Shown here piece by piece: positions 35,923 through 46,626 of a stretch of 64,000 bases of DNA. Both the position numbers and the translations under genes were made by a program. Below the pieces are notes generated by a model. That model searched no databases and was not told the DNA's origin. It saw only the letters and a program-made list of their open reading frames with translations. Within the stretch, counting starts at the first letter, position 1, and every line of letters begins with the position of its first letter. Source of the stretch: Paucibacter sediminis (GTDB lineage Bacteria; Pseudomonadota; Gammaproteobacteria; Burkholderiales; Burkholderiaceae_C); contig NZ_CP116346.1 of the NCBI RefSeq assembly GCF_030254645.1, forward strand, positions 2,419,973 through 2,483,972, in the 5' to 3' direction.

Positions 35923-37179
35923 ATGCTTGAACGCAACACAGCAAACAAGGCCTGGCCGGTGATGGGCAAGGGCCTGCGAACGTACTGGGCCCTGCCGCTG
36001 GCCGCGGCCGTGACGCTGACGGCCTGCGGCGGCGCGGACGAGACCTCGCCCGCCGACACCGCCGCAGCGGATGCGGCGGCCATGGCCGAGCAGGGGCGGC
36101 AGATCTTTCGCTACGACACCTTTGGCGACGAAGCACATTGGACCGACACCCTGCGCATGCACGAGGTCATCAGCGCGGCCGTCGATCCGGCCACGGCCCT
36201 GTCCGTCGGCCTGAAGGTCGATGCCCAGGCGCTGCCGGCCAGCGTCGTCGAAGGCATCAAGAACGGCAGCATCGACCTGAGCAAGCCCGCGACGACGATC
36301 GCCCTGCTGAAGCTGGACGCGGTGCTGGGCCTCAAGGGCACGGTCGAAACGGTGAACGGGCAGGACGTGCTCAAGCGTGTCGGCATCACCTGCGCGCTAT
36401 GCCATTCGACGGTCGACAACTCGTTCGCGCCGGGCATCGGCAAGCGCCTGGACGGCTGGGCCAACCGCGACCTCAACGCCGGCGCCATCATCGCCTTGTC
36501 ACCCGCGCTCAGCGACGCAATGAAGAAGGTGTACCGGAGCTGGGGGCCGGGCAAGTTCGATCCGCGCCACAACATCGACGGACTGAACAAGCCCGTCGTC
36601 ATTCCTCCCGCCTATGGTCTCAAGGGCCTGCACGCCATCACGGTGACCGGCGACGGGCAGGACCTCGCGTACTGGAACCGCTACGTGGCCGTTGCGGAAA
36701 TGGGTGGCCAGGGCACGGTGACGGAGCCGCGCCTGCAGCTGAGCATCAGCAACGGCAACCAGGATCTGGTCTCGGCCAAGCTGCCGGCGCTGCAGGTCTA
36801 TCAGCTGACGCTCGCGGCCCCGCCCGCGCCGGCGGGGAGCTTTGATGCCAATGCCGCCGCCCGCGGGAAGCTGGTGTTCGAAGGGCAGGGCCAATGCGCA
36901 AGCTGCCACAGCGGCAGCCTGTTCAGCGATGCCAACAGCACCCTGCACCCAGCCGCGGACTCGATGGCCGAACCGGAGACGCCGAGCTACGCCGCACGTT
37001 CGGCCAGCCGGCAGTACCGCAGCTCACCGCTCAAGGGGGTGTGGCAGCACGCGCCGTACTTCCATGACGGCTCTGCCGCCAGCTTGCTCGACGTCGCACG
37101 CCGCTACAACGCCAGGCGAGGGCTGCAACTCACGGAGCAGCAGATGGCCGAGCTGGCCGAATACCTGAAGTCGCTGTGA
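35923..37179 (+). CDS. Di-heme c-type cytochrome lipoprotein (family unassigned)
   Basis: GGAG RBS, lipobox LTAC, two CxxCH motifs (CALCH, CASCH) ~180 aa apart, ~418 aa. Confidence 0.65.
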   Translation: MLERNTANKAWPVMGKGLRTYWALPLAAAVTLTACGGADETSPADTAAADAAAMAEQGRQIFRYDTFGDEAHWTDTLRMHEVISAAVDPATALSVGLKVDAQALPASVVEGIKNGSIDLSKPATTIALLKLDAVLGLKGTVETVNGQDVLKRVGITCALCHSTVDNSFAPGIGKRLDGWANRDLNAGAIIALSPALSDAMKKVYRSWGPGKFDPRHNIDGLNKPVVIPPAYGLKGLHAITVTGDGQDLAYWNRYVAVAEMGGQGTVTEPRLQLSISNGNQDLVSAKLPALQVYQLTLAAPPAPAGSFDANAAARGKLVFEGQGQCASCHSGSLFSDANSTLHPAADSMAEPETPSYAARSASRQYRSSPLKGVWQHAPYFHDGSAASLLDVARRYNARRGLQLTEQQMAELAEYLKSL

Positions 37180-37187
37180 GCCCGGCC

Positions 37188-37658
37188 TTAGACGACGACG
37201 AGATCCGTGTGCGCAAAGCCCTTGGTGTAGTCGAGCACGGAGACGATTTCCGGCACCACGCGGAAGATCGCCACCTCCTCCGGCCTGGGCATCGTCATCT
37301 GCGCGGTCGCGGGCGGCGCGTCGGCGTACTTCAGCGGCAGCATCGCGATGACCTTCACCGCCTCGGCGCGGTCGTTCACGCGCTGGGCTCGCGCCGCCAT
37401 CGTCAGGCCGGTGATCGACATGATGTCGGGCGTGTCATGGTCAACCGTGAGCGAAACGCGATCATCGTGCGCGAGGTTCCTGGCCTTCTGGCTGTCGAGG
37501 CCGCAGAGAAACCACAGCGTGAGGCCCTCGTTCACGTAGCCCACCGTGGTTGCCTGGGGCCAGCCGTCCGGCCGCAGTGTCGCAATCGTCATGATTCTGT
37601 GGCCATCAAGCAGGGCCAGGATCTTCTGCTTCATCAGATCGTCCATGGGGATCTCCAT
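37188..37658 (-). CDS. Pyridoxamine 5'-phosphate oxidase-like FMN-binding protein (general stress protein 26-like)
   Basis: ~150 aa split-barrel pattern (KILALLDGHRIMTIATLRPDGWPQATTVGY...). The start could also be ATG 37646. Confidence 0.55.
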   Translation of the reverse strand: MEIPMDDLMKQKILALLDGHRIMTIATLRPDGWPQATTVGYVNEGLTLWFLCGLDSQKARNLAHDDRVSLTVDHDTPDIMSITGLTMAARAQRVNDRAEAVKVIAMLPLKYADAPPATAQMTMPRPEEVAIFRVVPEIVSVLDYTKGFAHTDLVVV

Positions 37659-37803
37659 AGCTGCCGTTCGGCGGGATGCCAGGGCCAGCCTGCCATGGCG
37701 GTGCCCGGGCCGCGTTGACCGCAGTCAACGCAAATTCCCCCTCGGAGACGCCGCGACTGAGGCCGGGAGACAATCCGCAACTCATCCACCACGGGGCGTT
37801 GGC

Positions 37804-38418
37804 ATGGAAGCAAAGAACCATTGGGACAGGGTCTACGCGAGCAAGCCGGCCGAAACGGTCAGCTGGTTCCAGCCGCATGCCCAGCAGTCGCTGGCGCTGA
37901 TACGGCGGATCGCCGGCCCGGGCCCGATCCGCGTGATCGATGTGGGCGGCGGTGCCTCGACGCTGGTCGACGACCTGATGGCGCAGCCGCGGTTCGAGGT
38001 CTCGGTGCTCGACATCTCCGCGGCCGCACTCGCCGTGGCGCAGCAGCGGCTGCAGGCGCGGGCCGATGCCGTGCGTTGGATCGTCGGCGACATCACCCAG
38101 GTCGAATTGCCCGAGAACGCCTACGACATCTGGCACGACCGCGCGGTGTTCCACTTCCTGACCGAACCGGCGCAGCGCGCGGCCTATGTGGAACGGGTGC
38201 GGCGCGGGGTGCGGCCCGGCGGGCATGTCATCGTGGCCGCCTTCGGACCCGAGGGCCCCACGCAATGCAGCGGCCTGCCGGTGGTGCGCTACGCGCCAGG
38301 CGAACTCCACGCCCAGTTCGGCGGCTCATTCGAGTTGCTGGAGCACCTCAGCGAGGCGCATCAGACGCCGGCCGGTGCGATCCAGCAATTCGTCTATTGC
38401 CACTGCCGGATGCACTGA
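37804..38418 (+). CDS. Class I SAM-dependent methyltransferase
   Basis: Motif I VIDVGGGASTL, motif II and post-I acidic residue present. ~204 aa. Confidence 0.7.
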   Translation: MEAKNHWDRVYASKPAETVSWFQPHAQQSLALIRRIAGPGPIRVIDVGGGASTLVDDLMAQPRFEVSVLDISAAALAVAQQRLQARADAVRWIVGDITQVELPENAYDIWHDRAVFHFLTEPAQRAAYVERVRRGVRPGGHVIVAAFGPEGPTQCSGLPVVRYAPGELHAQFGGSFELLEHLSEAHQTPAGAIQQFVYCHCRMH

Positions 38419-38478
38419 GCCGCCGGCGTCCGCCGGGCATCCTTGAGTACGCGCTGCAGCGGTTGGTGGCGCCGGCGC

Positions 38479-39027
38479 TCAGGCGGCCAACTTGGCGTGC
38501 ACCGCCGGGAAATCGATGTCGGTGGCGGCCACGTTGTTGACGTAGTTGGTCAGCACGTTGAGGGCCACGTTTAGCACGATCTCGACCACGCTGGCTTCAT
38601 CGAAGTCGGCAGCGCGCAGGGCGGCCAGGTCAGCGTCGGAGACGCGCCCACGGGTCTCTGCCACGCGGCGAGCAAAGTGCAGCGCCGCCGCGCTGCGCGC
38701 GTCATCCGAGCGGCCCGCACGTGCGGCGTCGATTTCGGCGGCACCGATCTTGGCGACGTTGGCGGCCAGGTAGCTGTGTGCCGACAGACAGTAGTCGCAG
38801 CCGTTGTATTCGGCGATGGCCAGAGCGATGCGCTCACGCAGCTGCGCGCTCAGCTTGCCCTTGGCCAGGGCGCCGTTCAGCGACAGATAGCCTTCCAGCG
38901 CGGCGGGGCTGTGGCCCACCAGCTTCATCAGATTGGGCACCACGCCCAGTTGCTGCTTGACGGCTGCCAGCAGGGGCTTGGAGGCTTCGAGCGAGGTTTC
39001 GACGCTGGGGATGCTGATGCGCGACAT
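38479..39027 (-). CDS. Carboxymuconolactone decarboxylase / AhpD-like family protein
   Basis: GGAG RBS. Conserved AhpD-core CxxxH region (YNGCDYCLSAHSY). ~182 aa. Confidence 0.7.
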   Translation of the reverse strand: MSRISIPSVETSLEASKPLLAAVKQQLGVVPNLMKLVGHSPAALEGYLSLNGALAKGKLSAQLRERIALAIAEYNGCDYCLSAHSYLAANVAKIGAAEIDAARAGRSDDARSAAALHFARRVAETRGRVSDADLAALRAADFDEASVVEIVLNVALNVLTNYVNNVAATDIDFPAVHAKLAA

Positions 39028-39173
39028 GTTCAATCTCCGGTGGGTAGCAGGGGCAAGTTGATTGGGGTTTGGTCTCATCCGCTCTGTGTTGAGCGAATGG
39101 CTGAACTGTCCTTGAATCGCCCGCTGCTTAGAATCACCTGCAAATCCAAGACACCGTTACGTGGAGTGAAACA

Positions 39174-40073
39174 GTGGACCGACTGCACCTGATCAATGTG
39201 TTCACGGCGGTGGTGGACGCGAACGGTTTTGCCGGCGCCGCGCGCAAGCTCAACATCTCGCCGCCCGCGGTCACGCGGGCCATCAGCGAGCTGGAAGCCC
39301 ATCTGGGCGTGCGCCTGCTGACCCGCACCACGCGGGTGGTGCGGGTCACGGACGCGGGGGCGCGCTATGTGGAAGATTGCCGGCGCATCCTGGCCGAACT
39401 GGCCGAGGCCGACGAATCGGTGAGCGGCCTGCACGGCGCACCACGTGGGCGGCTGACGCTCACGGCGCCGGTGCTCTTCGGCGCGCTCTACGTCACCCCC
39501 ATCGTGACGGAGTATTTGCAGCGCTATCCCGAGGTGACGGCCTCTTGCTGGTTTCTCGATCGCGTCGTGAACATGATGGACGAGGGCGTGGACATCGCCG
39601 TGCGCATCGGCGAATTGCCCGACTCTTCGATGCAGGCGATCCGTGTCGGCAAGGTGCGGCGCGTGATCTGCGCGGCGCCCAGCTATCTGGAGCGGCATGG
39701 CGAGCCGCAAAGCCCGGACGAGCTGGCGGCCCACACCATTGTTTCCGCCAGCGGCGTCACCCCCGCGCCCGAATGGCGCCTGGTGGAGAACGGTGCAGCC
39801 AGGATCGTCAAGCTGCAGCCGCGCATGATCACCACCACCAATGATTCGGCGGTGGCCGCCGCCGTGGCTGGCTTTGGCTTGTCGCGCCTGATGTCCTACC
39901 AGGTCGCGGAACATGTGCGCGAAGGGCGCCTCAAGATATTGCTGAGCGAGTTCGAGACGGCGCCCCTGCCGGTGCAGCTGGTGCACCGCGAGGGGCGTCA
40001 TGCCTCGCAGAAGGCGCGCGCATTTCTGGATCTGGCGATCGAACGGTTGCGCGCCAGCCCGGCGCTCAACTGA
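39174..40073 (+). CDS. LysR-family transcriptional regulator
   Basis: N-terminal HTH (FAGAARKLNISPPAVTRAISELEAHLGVRLLTRTTR) and LysR substrate-binding domain. Divergent from the AhpD-like gene. GTG start. Confidence 0.85.
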   Translation: MDRLHLINVFTAVVDANGFAGAARKLNISPPAVTRAISELEAHLGVRLLTRTTRVVRVTDAGARYVEDCRRILAELAEADESVSGLHGAPRGRLTLTAPVLFGALYVTPIVTEYLQRYPEVTASCWFLDRVVNMMDEGVDIAVRIGELPDSSMQAIRVGKVRRVICAAPSYLERHGEPQSPDELAAHTIVSASGVTPAPEWRLVENGAARIVKLQPRMITTTNDSAVAAAVAGFGLSRLMSYQVAEHVREGRLKILLSEFETAPLPVQLVHREGRHASQKARAFLDLAIERLRASPALN

Positions 40074-40160
40074 AGCGCATTGCCGAGCGCGGCGCGCGGC
40101 GGCTGGTTTCCAATGCACCGGCACCCAGCCGGACTACCCTGACACCTCAAGGAGCGATGC

Positions 40161-41603
40161 ATGCGTGAACACCGGGTCGATGTTGCCATCATTGGCAGTG
40201 GCACAGCGGGCATGTCCGCCTATCGCGCCGCCTTGGCGCACACCAGCAGCGTGCTGGCCATCGAGGGCGGCCCTTATGGCACCACCTGCGCCCGCGTTGG
40301 CTGCATGCCCAGCAAGCTGCTGATTGCCGCGGCCGAGGCGGCGCATGCGGTGGCCGAGGCGGGCCGCTTCGGGGTGTGCGTCGATGCCCCGGCGCGCATT
40401 GACGGCACCGCCGTGATGGCCCGGGTTCGCAGCGAGCGGGATCGCTTTGTCGGCTTCGTGACCGAGGCGGTGGAGGGCTGGGCGCCCGAGCACCGCCTGC
40501 GAGGCTGGGCACGCTTCATCGCGCCGCTGACCCTGGAAGTCAGCGGTGCGGACGCTCAGGCGCATCGCGTGCACGCCGAGCGCATCGTCATCGCCACGGG
40601 CTCGGAGCCGCATATCGAGCCGGCCTGGGCTGCGGCCCTGGGCGAGCGCCTGATACGCAACGACGAGCTGTTCGACTGGCACGACCTGCCGCGCGCCGTG
40701 CTCGTGCTCGGCACCGGGGTGATCGCGCTCGAGCTGGCGCAGGCCCTGCATCGCCTTGGCGTGCGCGTGCGGGTGCTGGGCCGCAGCCAGCGCGTCGGCC
40801 CCCTCACCGACCCGGCATTGCAGGCCTTGGCGCGCGAGTTGTTCGGCGCCGAACTGGCGCTGTCGCTGAACCAGCCCACGCCCAGGCTGCGGCGTACGGG
40901 CGAGGAAGTGCTGCTGGAATTGGACGGCCGCACCGAGCGCTTCGACTATGTGCTGGCGGCGGCCGGGCGCCGCCCCCGCCTGAGCGGGCTGGGGCTGGAG
41001 CACAGCGGTCTGATGCTGGGCCCCGATGGCCTGCCGGCCTACGACCGGCACACCGGCCAGATCGGCACGGCCCCCGTGTTCATCGCCGGCGACGCCAACG
41101 GCGAGCGCGAGCTGCTGCACGAGGCGGCGGACGAGGGCCGCATTGCCGGTGACAACGCCGGCCGCTGGCCCGACGTGCGCGTGCGGCCGCGCCGCGCGCC
41201 CCTGGCCGTGGTGTTCAGCGACCCGCAGATGGCCATCGCCGGCCACAGCCATGCCGAGCTGCGGGCCGCCGGCAAGGCCTTTCTGGCGGGCCATGTGTCC
41301 TTTGCCGACCAGGGGCGCAGCCGTGTCATGGGCGTCAATCGCGGTGCCCTGCATGTCTATGCCGCGCAGGGCAGCGGGCGCCTGCTGGGCGCCGAGATGC
41401 TCGGCCCGCGCGCCGAGCATCTGGCGCATCTGCTGGCCTGGTCGGTGCAGCGCGGCGATACCGTGCAGGAGATGCTGGACAGCCCCTTCTACCACCCGGT
41501 CATCGAGGAGGGCTTGCGCACCGCGCTGCGCCTGCTGCAGCGCGATCTGCGCATGGGGCCGCCGCCGGTCGAGCGCTGCCTGGATTGCGGGCCGGGCGCC
41601 TGA
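40161..41603 (+). CDS. FAD-dependent pyridine nucleotide-disulfide oxidoreductase (dihydrolipoyl dehydrogenase-like, class I)
   Basis: AAGGAG RBS. FAD motif [10 protein letters not shown], redox-active disulfide [15 protein letters not shown] motif [11 protein letters not shown]-terminal dimerisation domain. Confidence 0.75.
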   Translation: MREHRVDVAIIGSGTAGMSAYRAALAHTSSVLAIEGGPYGTTCARVGCMPSKLLIAAAEAAHAVAEAGRFGVCVDAPARIDGTAVMARVRSERDRFVGFVTEAVEGWAPEHRLRGWARFIAPLTLEVSGADAQAHRVHAERIVIATGSEPHIEPAWAAALGERLIRNDELFDWHDLPRAVLVLGTGVIALELAQALHRLGVRVRVLGRSQRVGPLTDPALQALARELFGAELALSLNQPTPRLRRTGEEVLLELDGRTERFDYVLAAAGRRPRLSGLGLEHSGLMLGPDGLPAYDRHTGQIGTAPVFIAGDANGERELLHEAADEGRIAGDNAGRWPDVRVRPRRAPLAVVFSDPQMAIAGHSHAELRAAGKAFLAGHVSFADQGRSRVMGVNRGALHVYAAQGSGRLLGAEMLGPRAEHLAHLLAWSVQRGDTVQEMLDSPFYHPVIEEGLRTALRLLQRDLRMGPPPVERCLDCGPGA

Positions 41604-41717
41604 GCGCCGCGCTGATACGGCCGCTGCAACTCAGTCTTTCACGCGGCGGCGGTTCCGCAAGCGGGGCAAGCCCGGCACAGTGCAAGCTTGTTCTGCTCGC
41701 TTTGCCCGAGGTTTGCC

Positions 41718-42329
41718 TTGAAGCTCTACCACTTCCCCCTCTCCGGAAACGCGCACAAGGTGCGCCTGCTGCTCGCCATGCTGGGGCTGCCGCACGAGTT
41801 GCTGGCGCCCACCGGCGGCGCGCACAAGCAGCCCGAGTTCCTCGCCATGAATCCCTTCGGCCAGGTGCCGGTGCTGGTGGATGGCGAGGTGGTCGTGCGC
41901 GACAGCCAGGCCATCCTGGTCTACTTGGCGGCGCGTTACGGCGGGCCGGCCTGGTGGCCCGAGGACGCGGCGCGGCTGGGTGCGCTGCAGGCATGGCTGT
42001 CCACGGCCGCCAACGAAGTGGCGCACGGTCCCGCGCTCTTGCGCATGCACAAGAAGTTCGGCCGCAGCATCGATGTGGAGGCGGCCACGCAGCGCAGCCA
42101 GGCCTTGCTGCAAGTGCTGGACGCACAGTTGCGCGATCAGGCGTGGTTGCTCGCGGGCGAGCGGCCCAGCATCGCCGATCTTGCCATCTACCCCTATATC
42201 GCCCTGGCGCCGGAGGGTGGTGTCGAGCTGGCGCCATACGTCCACCTCTGCCGCTGGATCGCGCGCCTTCAGGCCCTGCGTGGGCATGTCGACATGCCCG
42301 GTTTGTGGCATCCCCAACAGCAGGCATGA
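41718..42329 (+). CDS. Glutathione S-transferase
   Basis: [17 protein letters not shown] (TTG start) is a typical GST N-terminus, with the [13 protein letters not shown] thioredoxin-like motif. The track's longer start at 41688 is also TTG. Confidence 0.7.
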   Translation: MKLYHFPLSGNAHKVRLLLAMLGLPHELLAPTGGAHKQPEFLAMNPFGQVPVLVDGEVVVRDSQAILVYLAARYGGPAWWPEDAARLGALQAWLSTAANEVAHGPALLRMHKKFGRSIDVEAATQRSQALLQVLDAQLRDQAWLLAGERPSIADLAIYPYIALAPEGGVELAPYVHLCRWIARLQALRGHVDMPGLWHPQQQA

Positions 42330-42820
42330 ACATCATGAACAGCTACGCAAGCGAAGCCCCCCGTCCCCCGCTGCCGCCCTTCAGCCTGGAGACCGCCATG
42401 CAGAAGGTGCGCGCCGCGGAAGACGGCTGGAACACCCGCGACGCCCAGCGCGTCGCCATGGCCTACACGGCCGACAGCCGCTGGCGCAACCGCGCCGAGA
42501 TCTTCCACGGCCGCGCGGCCATCCAGGCCTTTCTGGAGCGCAAATGGGCCAAGGAGCTGGAGTACCGCCTGATCAAGGAACTCTGGGCCGTGAGCGGGAA
42601 CCGCATCGCCGTTCGCTTCGCCTACGAGTGGCGCGACGACTCCGGCCAGTGGTACCGCGCTTACGGCAACGAGAACTGGGAGTTCGACGCCGCCGGCTAT
42701 ATGGCGGTGCGCCACGCCAGCATCAATGATCTGCCGATCAAGCCCGAGGAGCGCAAGTTCCACTGGCCGCAAGGGCGTCGCCCCGACGACCATCCATCGC
42801 TCAGCGAGCTGGGTCTGTGA
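42326..42820 (+). CDS. DUF1348 / NTF2-like (SnoaL-like) protein
   Basis: The ATG overlaps the GST stop (ATGA). ~164 aa (...[22 protein letters not shown]...). Confidence 0.55.
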   Translation: MNIMNSYASEAPRPPLPPFSLETAMQKVRAAEDGWNTRDAQRVAMAYTADSRWRNRAEIFHGRAAIQAFLERKWAKELEYRLIKELWAVSGNRIAVRFAYEWRDDSGQWYRAYGNENWEFDAAGYMAVRHASINDLPIKPEERKFHWPQGRRPDDHPSLSELGL

Positions 42821-42839
42821 GCTGCGTGGGCCGCCGGGC

Positions 42840-43775
42840 TCACAGCTCCAGCGTCAGTTCCGCACTGCTGGCCCAGCCCACGCAGATGCACAGGCCCTGC
42901 TCGCGCTGTGCCGCGCTCAGGCAGAGGTCGCGATGCAGCGGGCTGCCGTCCAGCACACGGCTGTGGCATTGCCCGCATTCGCCGCGTTTGCAGTCATAGG
43001 GCACGAAGGCATCGGCGGCGATCAAGGCATCCAGGATCGAGGTGCCGGGCGCCACGTCCACGCTCTTGCCGCTGAGCGCCATGTGCACGCGCAGGGGGCG
43101 GTCGCCGCTGGCGGCGCGCGCGCCAAAGCTCTCGAAGTGCAGCGCCGCCTCCGGCCAGCCCAGCGCAGCCCCGCGCTCGCGCAGCGTGTTCAGCAGCGGC
43201 ACCGGGCCGCAGCCATGCAGGCTGGCCCCGGCCTGGTAGCGTCCCAGCATGTCGTCCAGCGCGGCAGCCGTGCCACCGACGTGCAGATGTAGGCGCGCGT
43301 GCGGCAGGGCGCGCAGTTCGTCGAGCAGCACCAGCCGCTCGGCACTGCGCGCCAGGTAGTGCAGCTCGAAGTCCTGCCCGCGCGCGTTGAGCGCATGGGC
43401 CATGGCGTGCATGGGCGTGATGCCGATGCCGCCGCCTACCAGCACGCTGCGGCCTTGCCCGGCCTGCAGGGGGAAGCTGTCAACCGGCGCGTCAACCTCC
43501 AGCAGCGCGCCCTCGCGCAATTGGGTGTGAATCCAGCGGGAGCCGCCGCGCGAGTTCGGGTCCTGCAGCACGGCGATGCGGTACTCCTGCGCCGCGCCCT
43601 CCGGGCCCAGCAGCGAGTAATGGCGTTGCAGCGGCTCGCCTTGCGCCAGCGGCAGCTGCAGGCGCAGATGCGCACCGGCGTGCCAGGCAGGCAAGACCTG
43701 ACCCTGTAGGTCGCGCAGGCGGATCTCGCGCACCGCCGCACCATGTTGCAGGATTTGATGGACGACGAGCTTCAT
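42840..43775 (-). CDS. PDR/VanB-family oxidoreductase (FMN + NAD + plant-type [2Fe-2S])
   Basis: RHYS flavin motif, GGGIGITP NAD motif, C-terminal CKRGECGQC ferredoxin cysteines. Confidence 0.8.
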   Translation of the reverse strand: MKLVVHQILQHGAAVREIRLRDLQGQVLPAWHAGAHLRLQLPLAQGEPLQRHYSLLGPEGAAQEYRIAVLQDPNSRGGSRWIHTQLREGALLEVDAPVDSFPLQAGQGRSVLVGGGIGITPMHAMAHALNARGQDFELHYLARSAERLVLLDELRALPHARLHLHVGGTAAALDDMLGRYQAGASLHGCGPVPLLNTLRERGAALGWPEAALHFESFGARAASGDRPLRVHMALSGKSVDVAPGTSILDALIAADAFVPYDCKRGECGQCHSRVLDGSPLHRDLCLSAAQREQGLCICVGWASSAELTLEL

Positions 43776-44701
43776 GCGGAGGCCTTGGGCAAGAAGGGCG
43801 ATGCGTCCAGGTATTCCCAGGCCAGCCCGCTCGCCGCAGGGCGCGCCAGCCAGTCGTCCACCTCGAACTCCCAGAAGCGCTGGGTGCCGCCGCTGAGCCC
43901 CTGCGGATCCGGCAGGTCCCAGCGCAGGCTGGCACGGCCGCTGAGATGCAGCAGCCGGCCATGCTCGAAGTCCGGCACCACCAGGCCGCAGGCGGGGTCG
44001 AGCGCCAGGTTGCCGAGGGTGTTGAACATGCTGTTGCCGGCGTAGTCGGGCACGCGCAGGCGCCTTGTATCCAGCAGCTGGATGAAGCCGGGCGGGCCGC
44101 CGCGGTGCGAAGCATCGAGCTCGCCGCCGGGGGCGCCGGTGGCCATGAACAAGGTGTCGGCCGCGGCCAGCAGGGCCATGGCCGCGGCATCCAGCGCGTG
44201 GCCGCGGCGCGTCGACGCCGGCTCGGCCGCCGGGGCCGAAGCATCACTCCGGGGGTGACGGCGCTGGATGTACTTGGGGCAGTTGGGGTAGGCCTCGGCG
44301 ATGCCCAGCCGCGCCATCTCGGCGTCCAGATGCTCGACCTGGCCGTTCACGCGGTAGCGCCGCCGTGTCGCCAGTTCGATGAAGAGCAGGCCGGCCCGCG
44401 ATCCCGCGGCTAGGCCTTGCCAGAAGGGATCGTCCGCCGGGCGGCGCTCGACCCCGAGTTGAATCTCGATCGCGCGCCCCTCCGGGCTGCGCAGAAAGCC
44501 CGGCGGCCCGGACAGCAGCGAGGCCCAGAGCTGGCCCTCGGCGTTGCGCGTCGCCGTGGCGACCATGAGCTGCTTCTCGATGAAGGCGCGGGCGCCCGCG
44601 ATCACCGTGTCGGTGATCACGCTGGCATTGCGCAGCGCCATCGCCGCCTCGCCGGCGCGTGCCTGCACGGCGCGTTCGCCCTCATGGAATGCAAAGGCCA
44701 T
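43772..44701 (-). CDS. Pyridoxamine 5'-phosphate oxidase-family FMN-binding protein (two-domain)
   Basis: ~309 aa. Start overlaps the PDR gene. Split-barrel FMN-binding pattern. Partner of the PDR reductase. Confidence 0.55.
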   Translation of the reverse strand: MAFAFHEGERAVQARAGEAAMALRNASVITDTVIAGARAFIEKQLMVATATRNAEGQLWASLLSGPPGFLRSPEGRAIEIQLGVERRPADDPFWQGLAAGSRAGLLFIELATRRRYRVNGQVEHLDAEMARLGIAEAYPNCPKYIQRRHPRSDASAPAAEPASTRRGHALDAAAMALLAAADTLFMATGAPGGELDASHRGGPPGFIQLLDTRRLRVPDYAGNSMFNTLGNLALDPACGLVVPDFEHGRLLHLSGRASLRWDLPDPQGLSGGTQRFWEFEVDDWLARPAASGLAWEYLDASPFLPKASA

Positions 44702-44724
44702 GGTCGTTTCTCCTCAGCGCTGCG

Positions 44725-45099
44725 TCAGAAGGTGAAGACGGTGAAGCCGTCGGCCACCAGCTTGCCCAGGCTGGGCAGGCCGGAGGTGCCGGGCACGCTG
44801 TTGTCGGTGATCAGATCGAAGCCGCTCTTCACGGCGTCCTCACGCGAGCCGAACACATCGGCGCAACCGCAGGAGACGCCGGCGATCTCGCCCTCGACGG
44901 CCTTGAACAGCGCATGCACCGGGTGCTCGGCCTGGCTGATCACGCCGGGCCAGCGCGTGCCCGCGCCCTGGAAGTAGATCGAGACGGCGGTGCCGCGCTG
45001 CTTGAAGTCGTAGGCGGCGGCCAGGCCGTTGAACATGCGGCCCAGGGCGTCTTCGCCGCCGTTCTTGGGGTCCGACAGGATGATGATGGCTGCTTTCAT
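44725..45099 (-). CDS. DsrE/DsrF-like family protein
   Basis: 124 aa (MKAAIIILSDPKNGGEDALGRMFN...CGCADVFG) with the DsrE-fold pattern. Confidence 0.6.
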   Translation of the reverse strand: MKAAIIILSDPKNGGEDALGRMFNGLAAAYDFKQRGTAVSIYFQGAGTRWPGVISQAEHPVHALFKAVEGEIAGVSCGCADVFGSREDAVKSGFDLITDNSVPGTSGLPSLGKLVADGFTVFTF

Positions 45100-45282
45100 G
45101 GGGTTTCCTTTGTGGATGCGATTTGGAGTGTTGGCAGGTCCTGCGCAATGCCGCAGGCCTGGGTCGGCACTCTAGGGAGCGCCCCGCATTTGAGAAATCA
45201 CCCATGGGGAAATTGGCTGTTCCGGCGCGCGGAAGAATCACCCGCCGTGCCTCAAGGGTGTACGGAGCGCCCGTCGGCAGCC

Positions 45283-45597
45283 CCTTGATCGCGCAGCTAT
45301 CGGCGCCGCCGCGGACCGCCTGAGCGAACTGGTCCTGATCCATCTGCTGCGCGCGGTGCTGACATAGGGTCATCTCAAGGCTGGCGCATCGGCCTGGCCC
45401 AAGGTCTGCTGGCCAAGGGGCGGCAGCTCAAGCATGTGGCGGACGAGGTGGGCTATGGCAGCCCCAACGCCTTGACGCGCGCCTTCGTGCTGAGGACGGG
45501 GTCCACGCCGACCGAATGGCTTGCCGCGCGGCGCCGCGCCGTGCCGGAAGTCTCGGCCCCTGGCCGGCGCTCAAGGCCCAAGCAAAGCGCGCCTTAA
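45283..45597 (+). pseudogene. AraC-family regulator C-terminal remnant (second HTH only, upstream part frameshifted/stopped)
   Basis: Translates to ...GLAQGLLAKGRQLKHVADEVGYGSPNALTRAFVLRTGSTPTEWLAARRRA... with an in-frame stop just upstream. No intact N-terminal or ligand domain. Confidence 0.35.
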
Positions 45598-46340
45598 GTT
45601 CTATTTCGCCGGCGGCTCATCCCAAGCGCTAGCAGGCCCGCCCAAAGCAGGGTGATGGTGGAAGGCAGGGGGACCTGCCCATCCGTCACGCGCACCACGC
45701 CCACGAAGTCGTCCATCCCGAACACGTCAGGGCTGCCCGTATCGGCGTTGGTATTGAAGGTGATGCTGGAATAGCGAACAGTGAGATCGGACTCAAGGAC
45801 GCCGAAAAACAGCAGGCTGGCATTCTCGCCACCACGCTGGACATCCACTTGCGCCGTGCCGCCGCCGACCAGCGCCACGGTCGCCGTGAGCAGGGCGCCA
45901 TTGAAGTCACCCAGGTCGGTCAGGTAGAGGCCGAAACCCGAGAGCGCCTGGCCGAAGGTGATCGTCACGTCGCCCGTCGCATCGATGAACTTCGACCCAC
46001 CACTGGTGGTGTTGAACACACCGGTGACGGGCAGGCTCACAGCCTCAGTCGACGGGGTGACGGCCGTGCCCGTCACGCTGCCGAAGGAAAACGCAATCGG
46101 GGACTTGTTCAGGAGGTCCGTGACGCTCATGCCCTCCATGTCCTCGCGCAGCAACGGACCACCCAGATTGGAGAGCGCCGTCTCGAAGCTGGCCCGCGCT
46201 ATCGCCGGCGCATTGCCTGGCACGACCACCTTGTTGGCCGTTGCATCGTAGCCAAAGGTCACGAGAGGCACCGCCAGGGCGGACGCCGCGCTGGCTGACA
46301 ACAGGCCGGCCAATGCCGTGTTTCGGTAGAGCTTGCGCAT
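45594..46340 (-). CDS. PEP-CTERM sorting-domain secreted protein
   Basis: Signal peptide. C-terminal ...VPLPSTITLLWAGLLALGMSRRRNRT (PEP-like motif + TM + Arg cluster). Confidence 0.6.
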   Translation of the reverse strand: MRKLYRNTALAGLLSASAASALAVPLVTFGYDATANKVVVPGNAPAIARASFETALSNLGGPLLREDMEGMSVTDLLNKSPIAFSFGSVTGTAVTPSTEAVSLPVTGVFNTTSGGSKFIDATGDVTITFGQALSGFGLYLTDLGDFNGALLTATVALVGGGTAQVDVQRGGENASLLFFGVLESDLTVRYSSITFNTNADTGSPDVFGMDDFVGVVRVTDGQVPLPSTITLLWAGLLALGMSRRRNRT

Positions 46341-46626
46341 GGATGCTCCAGTTGTTCAGTCCAAGATGCGCGCCATGAGGCGCGCCTGTGCCTGGCGTCG
46401 CAATCCGCATGCCCGCATGAAGATCACCTCTGAAATCAACAGCCTGCGCCCGTCTTCGGCGATGGCATGGCGCCGGGTGTCAAGAATCCCGACGACGCAG
46501 CCAAGCCATGCCGCCGGACTTACGGATTGGGGGGAGCCCCAAGAATGAACCCCGGCGCGCGTCCCTTCAGCGGGCCTGCCCCCGCAGAATGGGCCGCCAT
46601 CAACGAATCCGAGCGGGGTACCCACC

